A stretch of 56,159 bases of DNA, taken from assembly GCA_017508405.1 (NCBI GenBank), contig JAFVYY010000053.1, forward strand, positions 1-56,159. Reading direction: 5' to 3'. The stretch is from Clostridia bacterium (lineage in GTDB: Bacteria; Bacillota; Clostridia; Oscillospirales; CAG-272). Below the pieces are notes generated by a model, which had not been told where the DNA came from, searched no databases, and saw only the letters and a list, made by a program, of their open reading frames with translations. Within the stretch, counting starts at the first letter, position 1. Each line of letters opens with the position of its first letter. Shown piece after piece: positions 27,147 to 36,427 of this stretch. The position numbers and the translations under genes are program-made.

Positions 27147-27917
27147 TTATTGTTCCTCTCCGTTTGCAACAATGATTTTATCGTGATTAAGCTCTATAAA
27201 TATGTTATCTGCAAGGTCGATTACTCCCTCGTCAGTTGTAAAATCCTCTTTTAAGAAGATTCTGCTTGTCTTAAGCATTTCAAGAACGGCCATAAACATG
27301 GCAACGAGCTCATGCTTATTTCTTATGCCGTTAAAGCATTCTATTACTCTTGCTTTGCCTCCGCGTCTTAGAAGAAATCTTAAAACGCTGTATACCTTTT
27401 CGCTGACGGAAACGGTACGCTTACTGATGAGAGGTCTGATTTTTTCGGTAGCCTCTTCATCGGTTACTTCTACGTTATTCATAATTCTCATAAACGCAAG
27501 AGAAAGAAGACTGATATCGTGGTCGGCAACGTATGAGCGGTCGGGAGAAATTTCATCCGTGTCCTTTTCCATACGTCCCATGTATATGGAATACATACTC
27601 TGCAGCTTTTCGGATGCCTGCTTGGCTCTTTGATATTCCAAAAGGGCAGCGGCAAGAGCTTCTCTCGGGTCTTCCTCATCCTCGGTAACCCTTGGCAGAA
27701 GTATCTTACTTTTAATATACATAAGCTCAGAGGCCATAACTATAAATTCTGCGGAAACGTCAATATTCATTTCCTGCATACTTTCAATATAAGCCATATA
27801 CTGATCGCATATTACGGAAATTTGGATATCTTCAATATTCATTTTATTTTTTTGAACAAGGGTAAGAAGAAGATCGAGAGGACCTTCAAACTGTTCGATT
27901 TTGTATGTCAGCTCCAT
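27147..27917 (-). CDS. scpA: Segregation and condensation protein A
   Basis: The FEGPLDLLL motif. I prefer ATG 27917 (MELTYK) with a GAGG RBS over the TTG at 27929. Confidence 0.9.
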   Translation of the reverse strand: MELTYKIEQFEGPLDLLLTLVQKNKMNIEDIQISVICDQYMAYIESMQEMNIDVSAEFIVMASELMYIKSKILLPRVTEDEEDPREALAAALLEYQRAKQASEKLQSMYSIYMGRMEKDTDEISPDRSYVADHDISLLSLAFMRIMNNVEVTDEEATEKIRPLISKRTVSVSEKVYSVLRFLLRRGGKARVIECFNGIRNKHELVAMFMAVLEMLKTSRIFLKEDFTTDEGVIDLADNIFIELNHDKIIVANGEEQ

Positions 27918-27925
27918 TGTGTACC

Positions 27926-28600
27926 TCAATAAAGAAATGAGAATATGCTTATCATACCGTTAAATACAAGATTTACAAGAAACGAAAGTCCGCTTGAGAA
28001 GAATCCGTTTAAAATGCGGGAATCAAGGAGAAGAATTACCAAAAACAAGGCAGCTATCTCTCTCTCATATCTTAAAATTTTTGCATAAATTCGGTATGGA
28101 AGCCAGATTAGAAATATTCTTGAACCGTCAAGAGGGGGAAGTGGTATAAGATTGAATATGGCTAAGGCTATATTAAGCCAAATAAAATTCACCATAAGCA
28201 TATTGTACGCCGTACATAGGTAGTACAGGAAATTAGCGCTTTCAAAAACAAGATTTCTCAAAAAAATGAGGGAAAGAGAATATATGAAAGCACCCAAAAG
28301 CGCAAGTAAAAGGTTAGCCAAGGGTCCTGCAAGAGCAGAAAGCGCTATATCTCTTCTTGGCTTTTTAAAATATCTTGAGTCAATGGGAACGGGCTTTGCC
28401 CATCCGAATTTAAAAAATATCATTGACGCAGTACCCAATGGGTCAAGATGCTTTAAAGGATTTAACGTTAAACGCCCCATATTTTTTGCTGTGGGATCTC
28501 CCAGCTTATAAGCTATAAATCCGTGGGATATCTCATGGAATACAAGGGCTATAATGACGCATGGGATACCGATAAGAAGCTCTATCAGGTAATCAGTCAT
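27926..28600 (-). CDS. Site-2 protease family (peptidase M50) membrane metalloprotease
   Basis: HEISHG zinc motif in TM1, polytopic profile, and a LPPLDG motif. Confidence 0.85.
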   Translation of the reverse strand: MTDYLIELLIGIPCVIIALVFHEISHGFIAYKLGDPTAKNMGRLTLNPLKHLDPLGTASMIFFKFGWAKPVPIDSRYFKKPRRDIALSALAGPLANLLLALLGAFIYSLSLIFLRNLVFESANFLYYLCTAYNMLMVNFIWLNIALAIFNLIPLPPLDGSRIFLIWLPYRIYAKILRYEREIAALFLVILLLDSRILNGFFSSGLSFLVNLVFNGMISIFSFLY

Positions 28601-29205
28601 TATTTATTCTCCGCATAATTCATTATTTCGCTCCACACGTCATCCTTTCCCTCTCTCGTTTCGGAGGAGAAGAGGATTATTGTGGTTCCTTCTCTTAAAA
28701 CAGGGTTTGAAATAAGGGTCTTTACCGCTTTTTCCCGCTCGGATTTGTTGAGCTTGTCAGTTTTTGTAGCAATAATAACGTAAGGAACACCGGTTTGATT
28801 CATATATGAAATCATATCAATATCATCCCTTGTGTAGCCGATACGGGAGTCTACAAGCTGACATACAAGCTTCACTAAGTCAATATTGGGATTCTTTGTG
28901 AAATATCCGTCAACAAGACCGGACCATACAAGCTGCTCCTGGGCAGTACGCTTTGCGTAGCCGTAGCCGGGTAGGTCAACAAGAAAAAGCTTACCGTCTA
29001 CGTCATAGAAATTTACCGTAATGGTCTTACCGGGTGCGCTGCTGACTCTTGCAAGTCCTTTTCTGTTGAGAAGGGTGTTTATAAGAGAGCTTTTGCCTAC
29101 GTTTGACCTTCCAGAAAAAGCTATCTGCGGTATGGGATTTCTTAAAAACTGCGAAGCCTTGCCTGCGCTTATCTTAAGAGAAACGTTGTTTGTGTTTATT
29201 TTCAT
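28600..29205 (-). CDS. engB: Ribosome biogenesis GTP-binding protein YsxC/EngB
   Basis: G1 GRSNVGKSS, G3 DLPGYG and G4 TKTDK motifs. Located directly after lon, as in B. subtilis lonA-ysxC. Confidence 0.92.
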   Translation of the reverse strand: MKINTNNVSLKISAGKASQFLRNPIPQIAFSGRSNVGKSSLINTLLNRKGLARVSSAPGKTITVNFYDVDGKLFLVDLPGYGYAKRTAQEQLVWSGLVDGYFTKNPNIDLVKLVCQLVDSRIGYTRDDIDMISYMNQTGVPYVIIATKTDKLNKSEREKAVKTLISNPVLREGTTIILFSSETREGKDDVWSEIMNYAENK

Positions 29206-31580
29206 TTTTCCACCTTTGCCTTCGCATAGCTGTGTATAATGGCGATAACCTCTTCCTCGCAGAATGCAACGTCAAGAACGTCAAATACAGTCTTTACGGG
29301 TATAAAATTGACGTTTTCCTTAACAACAGGATCAACATCCTCAAGATTTTTCAGATTACCGTGGGGAATGATTATATTTTTCACTCCTGCAGAGTATGCA
29401 GCAAGAGTTTTTTCTTTAAGACCGCCTATCGGCAATACCTTTCCTCGCAATGTGATCTCACCCGTCATTGAGATATCTCGTCTTACGGGACGCTTTGAAA
29501 GTACGCTTACAAGGGCGGTAGTCATTGTAACACCGGCGCTGGGACCGTCCTTGGGAACAGCTCCCTCGGGTGCATGTATATGAATGTCGCAGGTTGAATA
29601 GAAATCGGGGTCGATTCCTAATTTTTCCGCATTTTCACGAATAAAGCTTATTGCGATTTCAGCAGATTCCTTCATAACCTCGCCAAGACTTCCTGTGAGC
29701 TTGATTTTTCCATTACCTTTCATAACGGATGCTTCAAGCTTAAGAAGATCACCGCCGACGGAGGTGTACGCCATTCCGTTTACAACGCCAATCTCATTAA
29801 CCTCGCTTATCTTTTCCTCTTCAAACTTATATGCGCCAAGATATTTTGAAAGATTATCCTCTGTGATAACAACGGACTTAACCTTATTTTCTATAATTTC
29901 CTTTGCCGCCTTTCTGCAAAGTGAAGCAATTTCTCTTTCGAGATTTCTTACTCCCGCCTCTGCGGTATAGCCGCTTATCAAGGAATAAACTGCCTCATCC
30001 GTTATCTTGAATGAGCGCTTAGTAAGTCCGTGACGTTTAAGCTGCTTGGGAATCAAATGATTCTTGGCAATATGGAATTTTTCTGTTTTAGTGTATGAGG
30101 AAAGCTCGATTATCTCCATTCTGTCGATAAGAGGCTTAGGGATGCTTTCAAGAGAATTAGCCGTGGCAATAAACATGCAACGGGATAAATCAACGTCCAT
30201 CTCCACGAAATGGTCACGGAACGCTTTGTTTTGTTCACCGTCAAGAACCTCAAGCATTGCGGAGGCAGGATCGCCCCTCGTATCCGACGTCATTTTATCG
30301 ATTTCATCAAATACCATAAGAGGATTCAGGGTTTTTGCTTCGCAAAGTGCGTTTATGATTCTACCGGGCATAGCGCCTACGTAGGTTTTTCTATGGCCTC
30401 TTATTTCAGCCTCGTCACGGATACCGCCGAGGGAGACTCTTACATATTTGCGTTTGAGAGCGTGAGCAATGGAAGAGCATAAGGATGTTTTGCCGACACC
30501 GGGAGGGCCTACAAGACATATAATTTGATTTTTGATATCGGGATTAAGCTCCTTTACTGCTATGAACTCAAGTATTCTTTCCTTTACCTTTGTAAGACCG
30601 TAATGGTCATTGTCAAGCACACGTCTTGCGTTTTCAACGCTCGTATTGTCCTTTGAATAGGTTGAAAACGGAATTTCAAGACAGGTTTCAAGATAGGTAC
30701 GAAGCACGGTGGCTTCGGGAGATCCAAAGGGAGCCTTGTTGAACTTTGAGAGCTCCTTTAACAGCTTTTCCTCAACCTGCTTGGGAAGCTTCTTTTCCAT
30801 AATAGCATTGTAAAGCTCATCACTTTCGCTTTGGCTGTCATTTCCAAGCTCGCTCTGTATAACCTTAAGCTGCTCACGAAGAAAATATTCCTTCTGTGAC
30901 TCTTCCACCTTGGTTTTGGTTTTTTGACGGATGCTTTTTTCAATTTTCAGTACTTTTGCTTCACGAGAGAGAATTTTTATAAGGCTTTCAGCTCGTTCGT
31001 ATTTATTGAAATGCTCAAGTAAAAACTGCTTATCCGAAGCCTTAACGAGAACGTTAGATGCAATAAGATCGCAAAGCTCTCCTATATCGTTTACAAAAAG
31101 GAGCTTTGTCATAAAATCGTTTGAAGGGTATGGGAACAGAGAAACAAGGGCCTGTACCTTTTCCATAATCACCCTTGTAAGAGCATCCTCCTTGTTCTCC
31201 GAGTATCCGTTAACTTCAAGAGTGCAGGTTGTAACGCAGCATTCGTAATATCCGCTTGTGGGGCGAACGCTCATTGTTCTTGCTCTGGAAATGCCTTCAA
31301 CCACAACCTTGGTGTTTCCGTCATTTCCCTTAACTATTTGATTAACCTTGGCAACTACGCCAACGTCAAAGAGATTTGATTCTATTTTTTCTTCCTCGGA
31401 TGCGTCAATCTGAGCAACAAGGTAGATATAAGATCCTGTTTTTTGCGCTGCTTCAACTGCATTTTTTGAAAAGGGACGGGCAAGCTCGAGACTGAGTGTC
31501 ATTCCCGGAAATGCGACAATGCCGCGAAGGGCAATAGTAGGTAGAGTAAGCTGTTCGCATTTTTCATTAAATGTAATCAT
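29202..31580 (-). CDS. lon: ATP-dependent Lon protease (LonA)
   Basis: Lon N-domain, AAA+ Walker A GPPGVGKTS, Walker B FDEIDK, and protease active site DGPSAG. Confidence 0.95.
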   Translation of the reverse strand: MITFNEKCEQLTLPTIALRGIVAFPGMTLSLELARPFSKNAVEAAQKTGSYIYLVAQIDASEEEKIESNLFDVGVVAKVNQIVKGNDGNTKVVVEGISRARTMSVRPTSGYYECCVTTCTLEVNGYSENKEDALTRVIMEKVQALVSLFPYPSNDFMTKLLFVNDIGELCDLIASNVLVKASDKQFLLEHFNKYERAESLIKILSREAKVLKIEKSIRQKTKTKVEESQKEYFLREQLKVIQSELGNDSQSESDELYNAIMEKKLPKQVEEKLLKELSKFNKAPFGSPEATVLRTYLETCLEIPFSTYSKDNTSVENARRVLDNDHYGLTKVKERILEFIAVKELNPDIKNQIICLVGPPGVGKTSLCSSIAHALKRKYVRVSLGGIRDEAEIRGHRKTYVGAMPGRIINALCEAKTLNPLMVFDEIDKMTSDTRGDPASAMLEVLDGEQNKAFRDHFVEMDVDLSRCMFIATANSLESIPKPLIDRMEIIELSSYTKTEKFHIAKNHLIPKQLKRHGLTKRSFKITDEAVYSLISGYTAEAGVRNLEREIASLCRKAAKEIIENKVKSVVITEDNLSKYLGAYKFEEEKISEVNEIGVVNGMAYTSVGGDLLKLEASVMKGNGKIKLTGSLGEVMKESAEIAISFIRENAEKLGIDPDFYSTCDIHIHAPEGAVPKDGPSAGVTMTTALVSVLSKRPVRRDISMTGEITLRGKVLPIGGLKEKTLAAYSAGVKNIIIPHGNLKNLEDVDPVVKENVNFIPVKTVFDVLDVAFCEEEVIAIIHSYAKAKVEK

Positions 31581-31746
31581 TATGTATCCTTTCTTGGCAG
31601 AAATGCGGGGAATTTTGCTTTATGCATACTGCCTTACGGTACAGTATAGCACAAAATAAACAAATTTTCTATATATTTTTAAAATTTATATAAAAAATAT
31701 TTGACTTAGAGGTCAATATGTTGTAAAATAGCGTAGAGGTGATGAA

Positions 31747-32430
31747 ATGATAAGGGTCGAAAAACGTAAAACAGAGAAGTATCTGTTTAATACTCTTCCG
31801 GAAGCGATTGTTCCGATAGAGGTTACTCTGCGTGGAGATAAGCTTACCGTTGAAACCTTCAGAAAAACGAAAGGGATTGCAAAGGAATTTTATAAAAAAC
31901 ACAAGATGTGTCCATTTTCTGACGAAGCCAAGCATTTTATTGACAAGGGATTAAGAGATATTGCTTCGGAATGGGGATATACATGTGACGACTTGAACGA
32001 AGGACATATTGCAACCTATATCGCAAGAAACGTTAACAGGGAAGTTATCCTTGAAAGCACCGTTATGATTAAGTCTTCAAAAGGCTATGAAAACCTGACG
32101 GAATATGAGCTTGAGGATATTAGCGAAGATAGCGATGAATGTTATTTCGTAACAATAACGGAAGGGAAGATAGTATCCGTTTGTGAAACCAATTCAAGAG
32201 AAGCGTTTATCGGAGCTAAGGAAATAAACGTTTACACATCACCTGAATTCAGAGGTAATGGCTATGCGGCATCTAATGCTGCGGCAATGGCTGATCATTA
32301 TGCTTCGCTCGGTCATAACGTGGCATATACCTCAAGAATTGATAACGTTGCGTCGATCAGAACTGCGGAGAAATGCGGATTTGATAGGATAGCGGAAACC
32401 TTTTACTATGTTTGCTATAAGGAGTTATAA
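31747..32430 (+). CDS. GNAT family N-acetyltransferase
   Basis: C-terminal acetyl-CoA binding-like RGNGYA motif and a GNAT-like beta-alpha pattern. The N-terminal half is unassigned. Confidence 0.6.
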   Translation: MIRVEKRKTEKYLFNTLPEAIVPIEVTLRGDKLTVETFRKTKGIAKEFYKKHKMCPFSDEAKHFIDKGLRDIASEWGYTCDDLNEGHIATYIARNVNREVILESTVMIKSSKGYENLTEYELEDISEDSDECYFVTITEGKIVSVCETNSREAFIGAKEINVYTSPEFRGNGYAASNAAAMADHYASLGHNVAYTSRIDNVASIRTAEKCGFDRIAETFYYVCYKEL

Positions 32431-34178
32431 TGGCTTTTGATGCATTGATGATGGGCTCTGTTTGTCATGAAATATCGACACAGGGTCCCATGAAAGTAGA
32501 AAAAATATATCAACCTGCAGCAGATGAGATAATTCTCATGCTCAGATCACCAAGGGAAAACTTGAAGCTTCTTATTAATGCAGGCTCAAATTATCCCAGA
32601 ATAAATTTTACGGATGCTCAGTCGGAAAATCCTGCTAAGGCTCCTATGTTCTGTATGCTTCTGCGTAAGCATCTTGCAGGAGCTAAGCTTCTATCTGCTT
32701 GTCAACCGGAGCTTGAAAGAGTATGCTTTCTTGAATTTGACGCTTATGATGAAATGGGATTCAAGTCAAGAAAATTTCTTATTTGCGAAATAATGGGAAA
32801 ATATGCAAATATTATCCTCGCAGATAAGGATAAAAGGATAATATCTGCTCTTAAGCTTATTGATTTTTCTGCAAGCTCTGTAAGGCAGATTTTGCCCGGA
32901 TTGAACTATGAAATGCCGCCAAAACAGGATAAAAAAGATCCAACGGCTGTAACCAAGGAAGAATTTACGCACCTTTTTGATGCGGCAAGCAAGGATTTAA
33001 GATGCGATAAATTTATTACTAACAATTTCCTCGGAATGGCTGTTTCCACAGCAAGACAAATTTCTTATATGTGCGGCGGAAGCGTAGATTGCACACTTGG
33101 AAATATAAAATTATCCACACTCCTTCCGGCTTTTTTTGATATAATGGAAAAATTCAAAAAAGGTATTCTTACTCCGTATATAGTTTATGATGCAAAGGAT
33201 ACCCCCATAGAATATTCATATATCCCCCTTGAATATTACGGTAAAGAATACTCATGCAGACCGACAAGCGGTTTTTCCTGCGCACTTGATTTGTTTTATC
33301 TTAAAAAGAGCCAGAGTGAAAGAATACGACAGCGCTCCTCCGATGTTTTAAGACTTCTTACAAATGCAGAAGCGAGAATTACAAAAAAAATCGCTATACA
33401 TCAGTCAGACCTCGGAAAATGTGATGAAAGCGAGTATTATAAGCTTTGCGGAGATCTTATTACAGCTAATATATACTTAATGAAAAGAGGAATGGATAAG
33501 GTAACGGTTTGCAACTATTATGATGAGTCCTGTCCGAATATAGATATTTCTCTTGACATTAAATTAACTCCTGCTCAGAATGCGCAGCTATATTACAAAA
33601 AATATAATAAAGCAAAGAAGGGAAAGATTGAGCTTGCCAAGCAGATCGAAATTGCCCGAGCAGAGCTTAACTATATAGAAACGGTATTTGAATCCTTGAC
33701 TAAGGCAGAAACCGAAAGCGATATAAACGAGATACGTGACGAGCTATATCACAGCGGTTACGCTTCCAGAATGAAGAACTACACAGTACAAAAGCAAGCG
33801 GCTGCCAAGCCCTTAAAATTTGTTACTGATGGCGGATATACTGTCTACTGCGGAAAAAACAACAGACAAAACGATTATATAACCACAAAGCTTTCAAATA
33901 AAACGGACTGGTGGTTTCACGTTAAGAATGCGCCCGGATCTCACGTCATTATGCAGAGTAAAGGAGACGAGCCGTCGGAAAAGGATTTTACACAGGCTGC
34001 AGAAATTGCTGCTTTCTATTCAAAGGCAGAGGGCGATAATATCGCTGTTGACTATACTCTTATAAAATATGTTAAAAAGCCTGCGGGATCAAAGCCCGGA
34101 TTCGTTGTTTACAACGTAAACTGGACGGCATACGTAAGTCCGTCGGAGGAAAAAATTCGCAAATTACAGTCAAAATAA
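32430..34178 (+). CDS. rqcH: NFACT-family ribosome quality control protein (fibronectin-binding protein A-like)
   Basis: NFACT-N (FDALMM..E), a coiled-coil middle region, and an NFACT-R/DUF814 block (WFHVKNAPGSHVI). Confidence 0.85.
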   Translation: MAFDALMMGSVCHEISTQGPMKVEKIYQPAADEIILMLRSPRENLKLLINAGSNYPRINFTDAQSENPAKAPMFCMLLRKHLAGAKLLSACQPELERVCFLEFDAYDEMGFKSRKFLICEIMGKYANIILADKDKRIISALKLIDFSASSVRQILPGLNYEMPPKQDKKDPTAVTKEEFTHLFDAASKDLRCDKFITNNFLGMAVSTARQISYMCGGSVDCTLGNIKLSTLLPAFFDIMEKFKKGILTPYIVYDAKDTPIEYSYIPLEYYGKEYSCRPTSGFSCALDLFYLKKSQSERIRQRSSDVLRLLTNAEARITKKIAIHQSDLGKCDESEYYKLCGDLITANIYLMKRGMDKVTVCNYYDESCPNIDISLDIKLTPAQNAQLYYKKYNKAKKGKIELAKQIEIARAELNYIETVFESLTKAETESDINEIRDELYHSGYASRMKNYTVQKQAAAKPLKFVTDGGYTVYCGKNNRQNDYITTKLSNKTDWWFHVKNAPGSHVIMQSKGDEPSEKDFTQAAEIAAFYSKAEGDNIAVDYTLIKYVKKPAGSKPGFVVYNVNWTAYVSPSEEKIRKLQSK

Positions 34179-34216
34179 GCGAAACGGTTCGATATTTCGA
34201 ACCGTTTCGCTTTTTT
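34179..34216. terminator. Bidirectional hairpin terminator
   Basis: 14-bp stem GCGAAACGGTTCGA / TCGAACCGTTTCGC followed by TTTTTT, between convergent genes. Confidence 0.85.
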
Positions 34217-34224
34217 ATATAAGA

Positions 34225-35502
34225 TCAGTGCTTGATTTTTCCCTGATACTCAAGCAGGGACATAAGGATTTGTGCGGTTTGTTCCCTTGTTAAGGGTGAA
34301 TTGGGGTTGATCCTTCCGTCAACCTTTGGTATTATACCTAACTCGTTCAATGAAATAATTGCGCTTTTTGCCCATTCGGGAATATCGTTTTCATCGTTAA
34401 ATACAGTCATTAACGTATCTGTCTTTGCGCCGATAATTTTGTTTATAATTACGGCTGCTTCGGCAACGGTTATATTATTCTTGGGATTTATGTAAACGCC
34501 GTCAGGCTTTCTTTCTCCCTCAATTATACCGAGAGAAAAAGCACTTTCGATATATCCCTTATATTCATTACCTATAAGGTCATCGTCGGCAAATCTTGTT
34601 TTTTCAACCACAGGCGCATTATTTGCCCCCATTGCCTTCATAACCAGAACTATAAATTCCTCTTTGGTGATTTTTTCTTCGGGACGGAATGATATGGTGC
34701 CGTCCTTATTTTGAGATGCATCCATAAGCTTTCCGTCGGTAACAATTATGGCGGCATTTAATGCGTAGCTCTTATCCATATCAGAGAATACCAGCTTCGT
34801 TTTTAATTTTTCTATTTTCACTGTTACGGTAACCTCGTCGGAGTAGTTGCCAAAGGAGTCTCGAACTCTGTATGTAAAGGAATCCGTTCCCGTTGCCTTT
34901 TCATAAGGTGTATACTTATAATCTCCGGTTTCCTTGTTTAATATTTCAACAAGTCCCTTTTCCGGTAAAGAAACTATTTCGTATTTGAGGGAATCTCCAT
35001 CGGGATCGTACCCGTCAAGCGTCCCTCTCATAGCAATATCTGTCTGTGTCCATGCGAATAATTCAGAGCCGTTTGTTGCAATAGGAGAAAAATTCGTATT
35101 TTTTGTAATCCTTAAGTGGCAGCATATTTCATAACCGCTGCTATTTGGAGAAAAGGTAAAGGAATAGCTTTTTTCATCACCTGATTTCGGAATGAAGCGG
35201 AGAGAATCAAAATCCTCTCGGTAAATAACCTGATTTTCCACCACGTATAAATTTCCAAGCATAAGCCTGCCGTCCTTTTCATCGGGAAGCTTAGTAACTG
35301 TTATGGATTTTGTATTAGAGCCGAGGGTTGAATCGAAATCATTGACGTCGAAGCATATTTCACCTTCGTATACGACCCCCGCCTTGATCATTTCGTTTTC
35401 GTATGCTATGACGTTTAAGGCGGGAGATATTTTTTCAGCAGCGAATACGCTCAGTGTCATAATGAAAACACATATGGGGATAAAAAGCAGTATTTTTTTC
35501 AT
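34225..35502 (-). CDS. Secreted cell-surface protein with a cadherin/Ig-like domain and C-terminal SLH repeats
   Basis: Signal peptide. The DPDGDSLKYEIV..DSFTYRVRD block is typical of cadherin-like domains. Three SLH-like repeats follow (FADDDL.., FNDENDIPEWA..). Confidence 0.7.
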   Translation of the reverse strand: MKKILLFIPICVFIMTLSVFAAEKISPALNVIAYENEMIKAGVVYEGEICFDVNDFDSTLGSNTKSITVTKLPDEKDGRLMLGNLYVVENQVIYREDFDSLRFIPKSGDEKSYSFTFSPNSSGYEICCHLRITKNTNFSPIATNGSELFAWTQTDIAMRGTLDGYDPDGDSLKYEIVSLPEKGLVEILNKETGDYKYTPYEKATGTDSFTYRVRDSFGNYSDEVTVTVKIEKLKTKLVFSDMDKSYALNAAIIVTDGKLMDASQNKDGTISFRPEEKITKEEFIVLVMKAMGANNAPVVEKTRFADDDLIGNEYKGYIESAFSLGIIEGERKPDGVYINPKNNITVAEAAVIINKIIGAKTDTLMTVFNDENDIPEWAKSAIISLNELGIIPKVDGRINPNSPLTREQTAQILMSLLEYQGKIKH

Positions 35503-35649
35503 AAATACCTCCGATTTTTACTTTTAGTACAGTATATTGTGAATTTCCTTTAATAATACCATAAGGGGAAAATTTCCTGCTTATACAAATATTGTTCCTT
35601 GCACAATTTATCGGCTGCATTGTATAATGTTAATAACGGAGCGATAATT

Positions 35650-36225
35650 ATGGAAATTATACAGATTAGATCAAATGCGATAAAGGTTATTCTTGACAGT
35701 CAGGAATGTCAGGATTACGTTTTTTTAAATGACGATAAAATTTCAGACGAAAGATTTTTAGGCTCAATTGATAAACTCCTGTTCAAAGTAAAGGAAAAGG
35801 AAAAAATCGATTTATCAGTGAATAAGCTTCTTATACAGGTGTATCCGTTAAAAAATTTCGGCTGCGAGATTTACATATGCGATACGGAGGAGGAAAATAT
35901 GTATAAGGACAGGGTAGCGTCCGGAAGCTTAAAAAAGAACAGTACATATACCGGTGTATACAGGTTTGATTCTCTTGATAAGCTTCTGTTTGTGTGTCAG
36001 AGACTCTCTGCTGTTACAGACGAAGATGGGGCACAGGCATATTACGACGACGAGAACGAAAATTATTATTTGATATGCAGAAACATATCACCTAAAGAGC
36101 TTCGCTTCGCATTCATAAACGAGTATGCAAAGCAGCTTAAAGCATCCTACGCCCACTACGTAAGGGAGCATTTAAGATGCTTCTGTGAGGCAAATGCTAT
36201 AAAAAAACTCTCTAATTTAGTTTGA
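35650..36225 (+). CDS. mecA: MecA-like adaptor protein
   Basis: N-terminal MEIIQIRSNAIKVIL and C-terminal INEYA....EH....ANAIKKL pattern resemble MecA. The start is set at ATG 35650, after a GGAG RBS. Confidence 0.6.
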   Translation: MEIIQIRSNAIKVILDSQECQDYVFLNDDKISDERFLGSIDKLLFKVKEKEKIDLSVNKLLIQVYPLKNFGCEIYICDTEEENMYKDRVASGSLKKNSTYTGVYRFDSLDKLLFVCQRLSAVTDEDGAQAYYDDENENYYLICRNISPKELRFAFINEYAKQLKASYAHYVREHLRCFCEANAIKKLSNLV

Positions 36226-36234
36226 ATTAACAAA

Positions 36235-36260
36235 AAGGGCGAATTATTTTCGCTCTTTTT
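36235..36260 (+). terminator. Rho-independent terminator
   Basis: Stem AGGGCGAA / TTCGCTCT followed by TTTTT. Confidence 0.65.
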
Positions 36261-36427
36261 ATTTACAAATATATAATTTTATGGTACAATTACATTGTTG
36301 TTTACTGACAGGGTGACATTATTCGGCGCATAAGAATAGGAGTTTTACAGAGCTTTATTATGTGCGGATTCAATACAAAACCATTACATTTGTATGTTAG
36401 AATGCTAAAAAAACTAGGAGAAAAACT

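Noticed and set aside
31690-31712. A CtsR-like heptad: TTTGACT-tag-AGGTCAA between lon and the GNAT gene
   Set aside because: The two GTCAA-type half-sites are inverted, not the tandem direct heptads bound by CtsR. TTGACT is better explained as the -35 of the plus-strand GNAT/rqcH promoter, which has a 17-nt spacer to TAAAAT.
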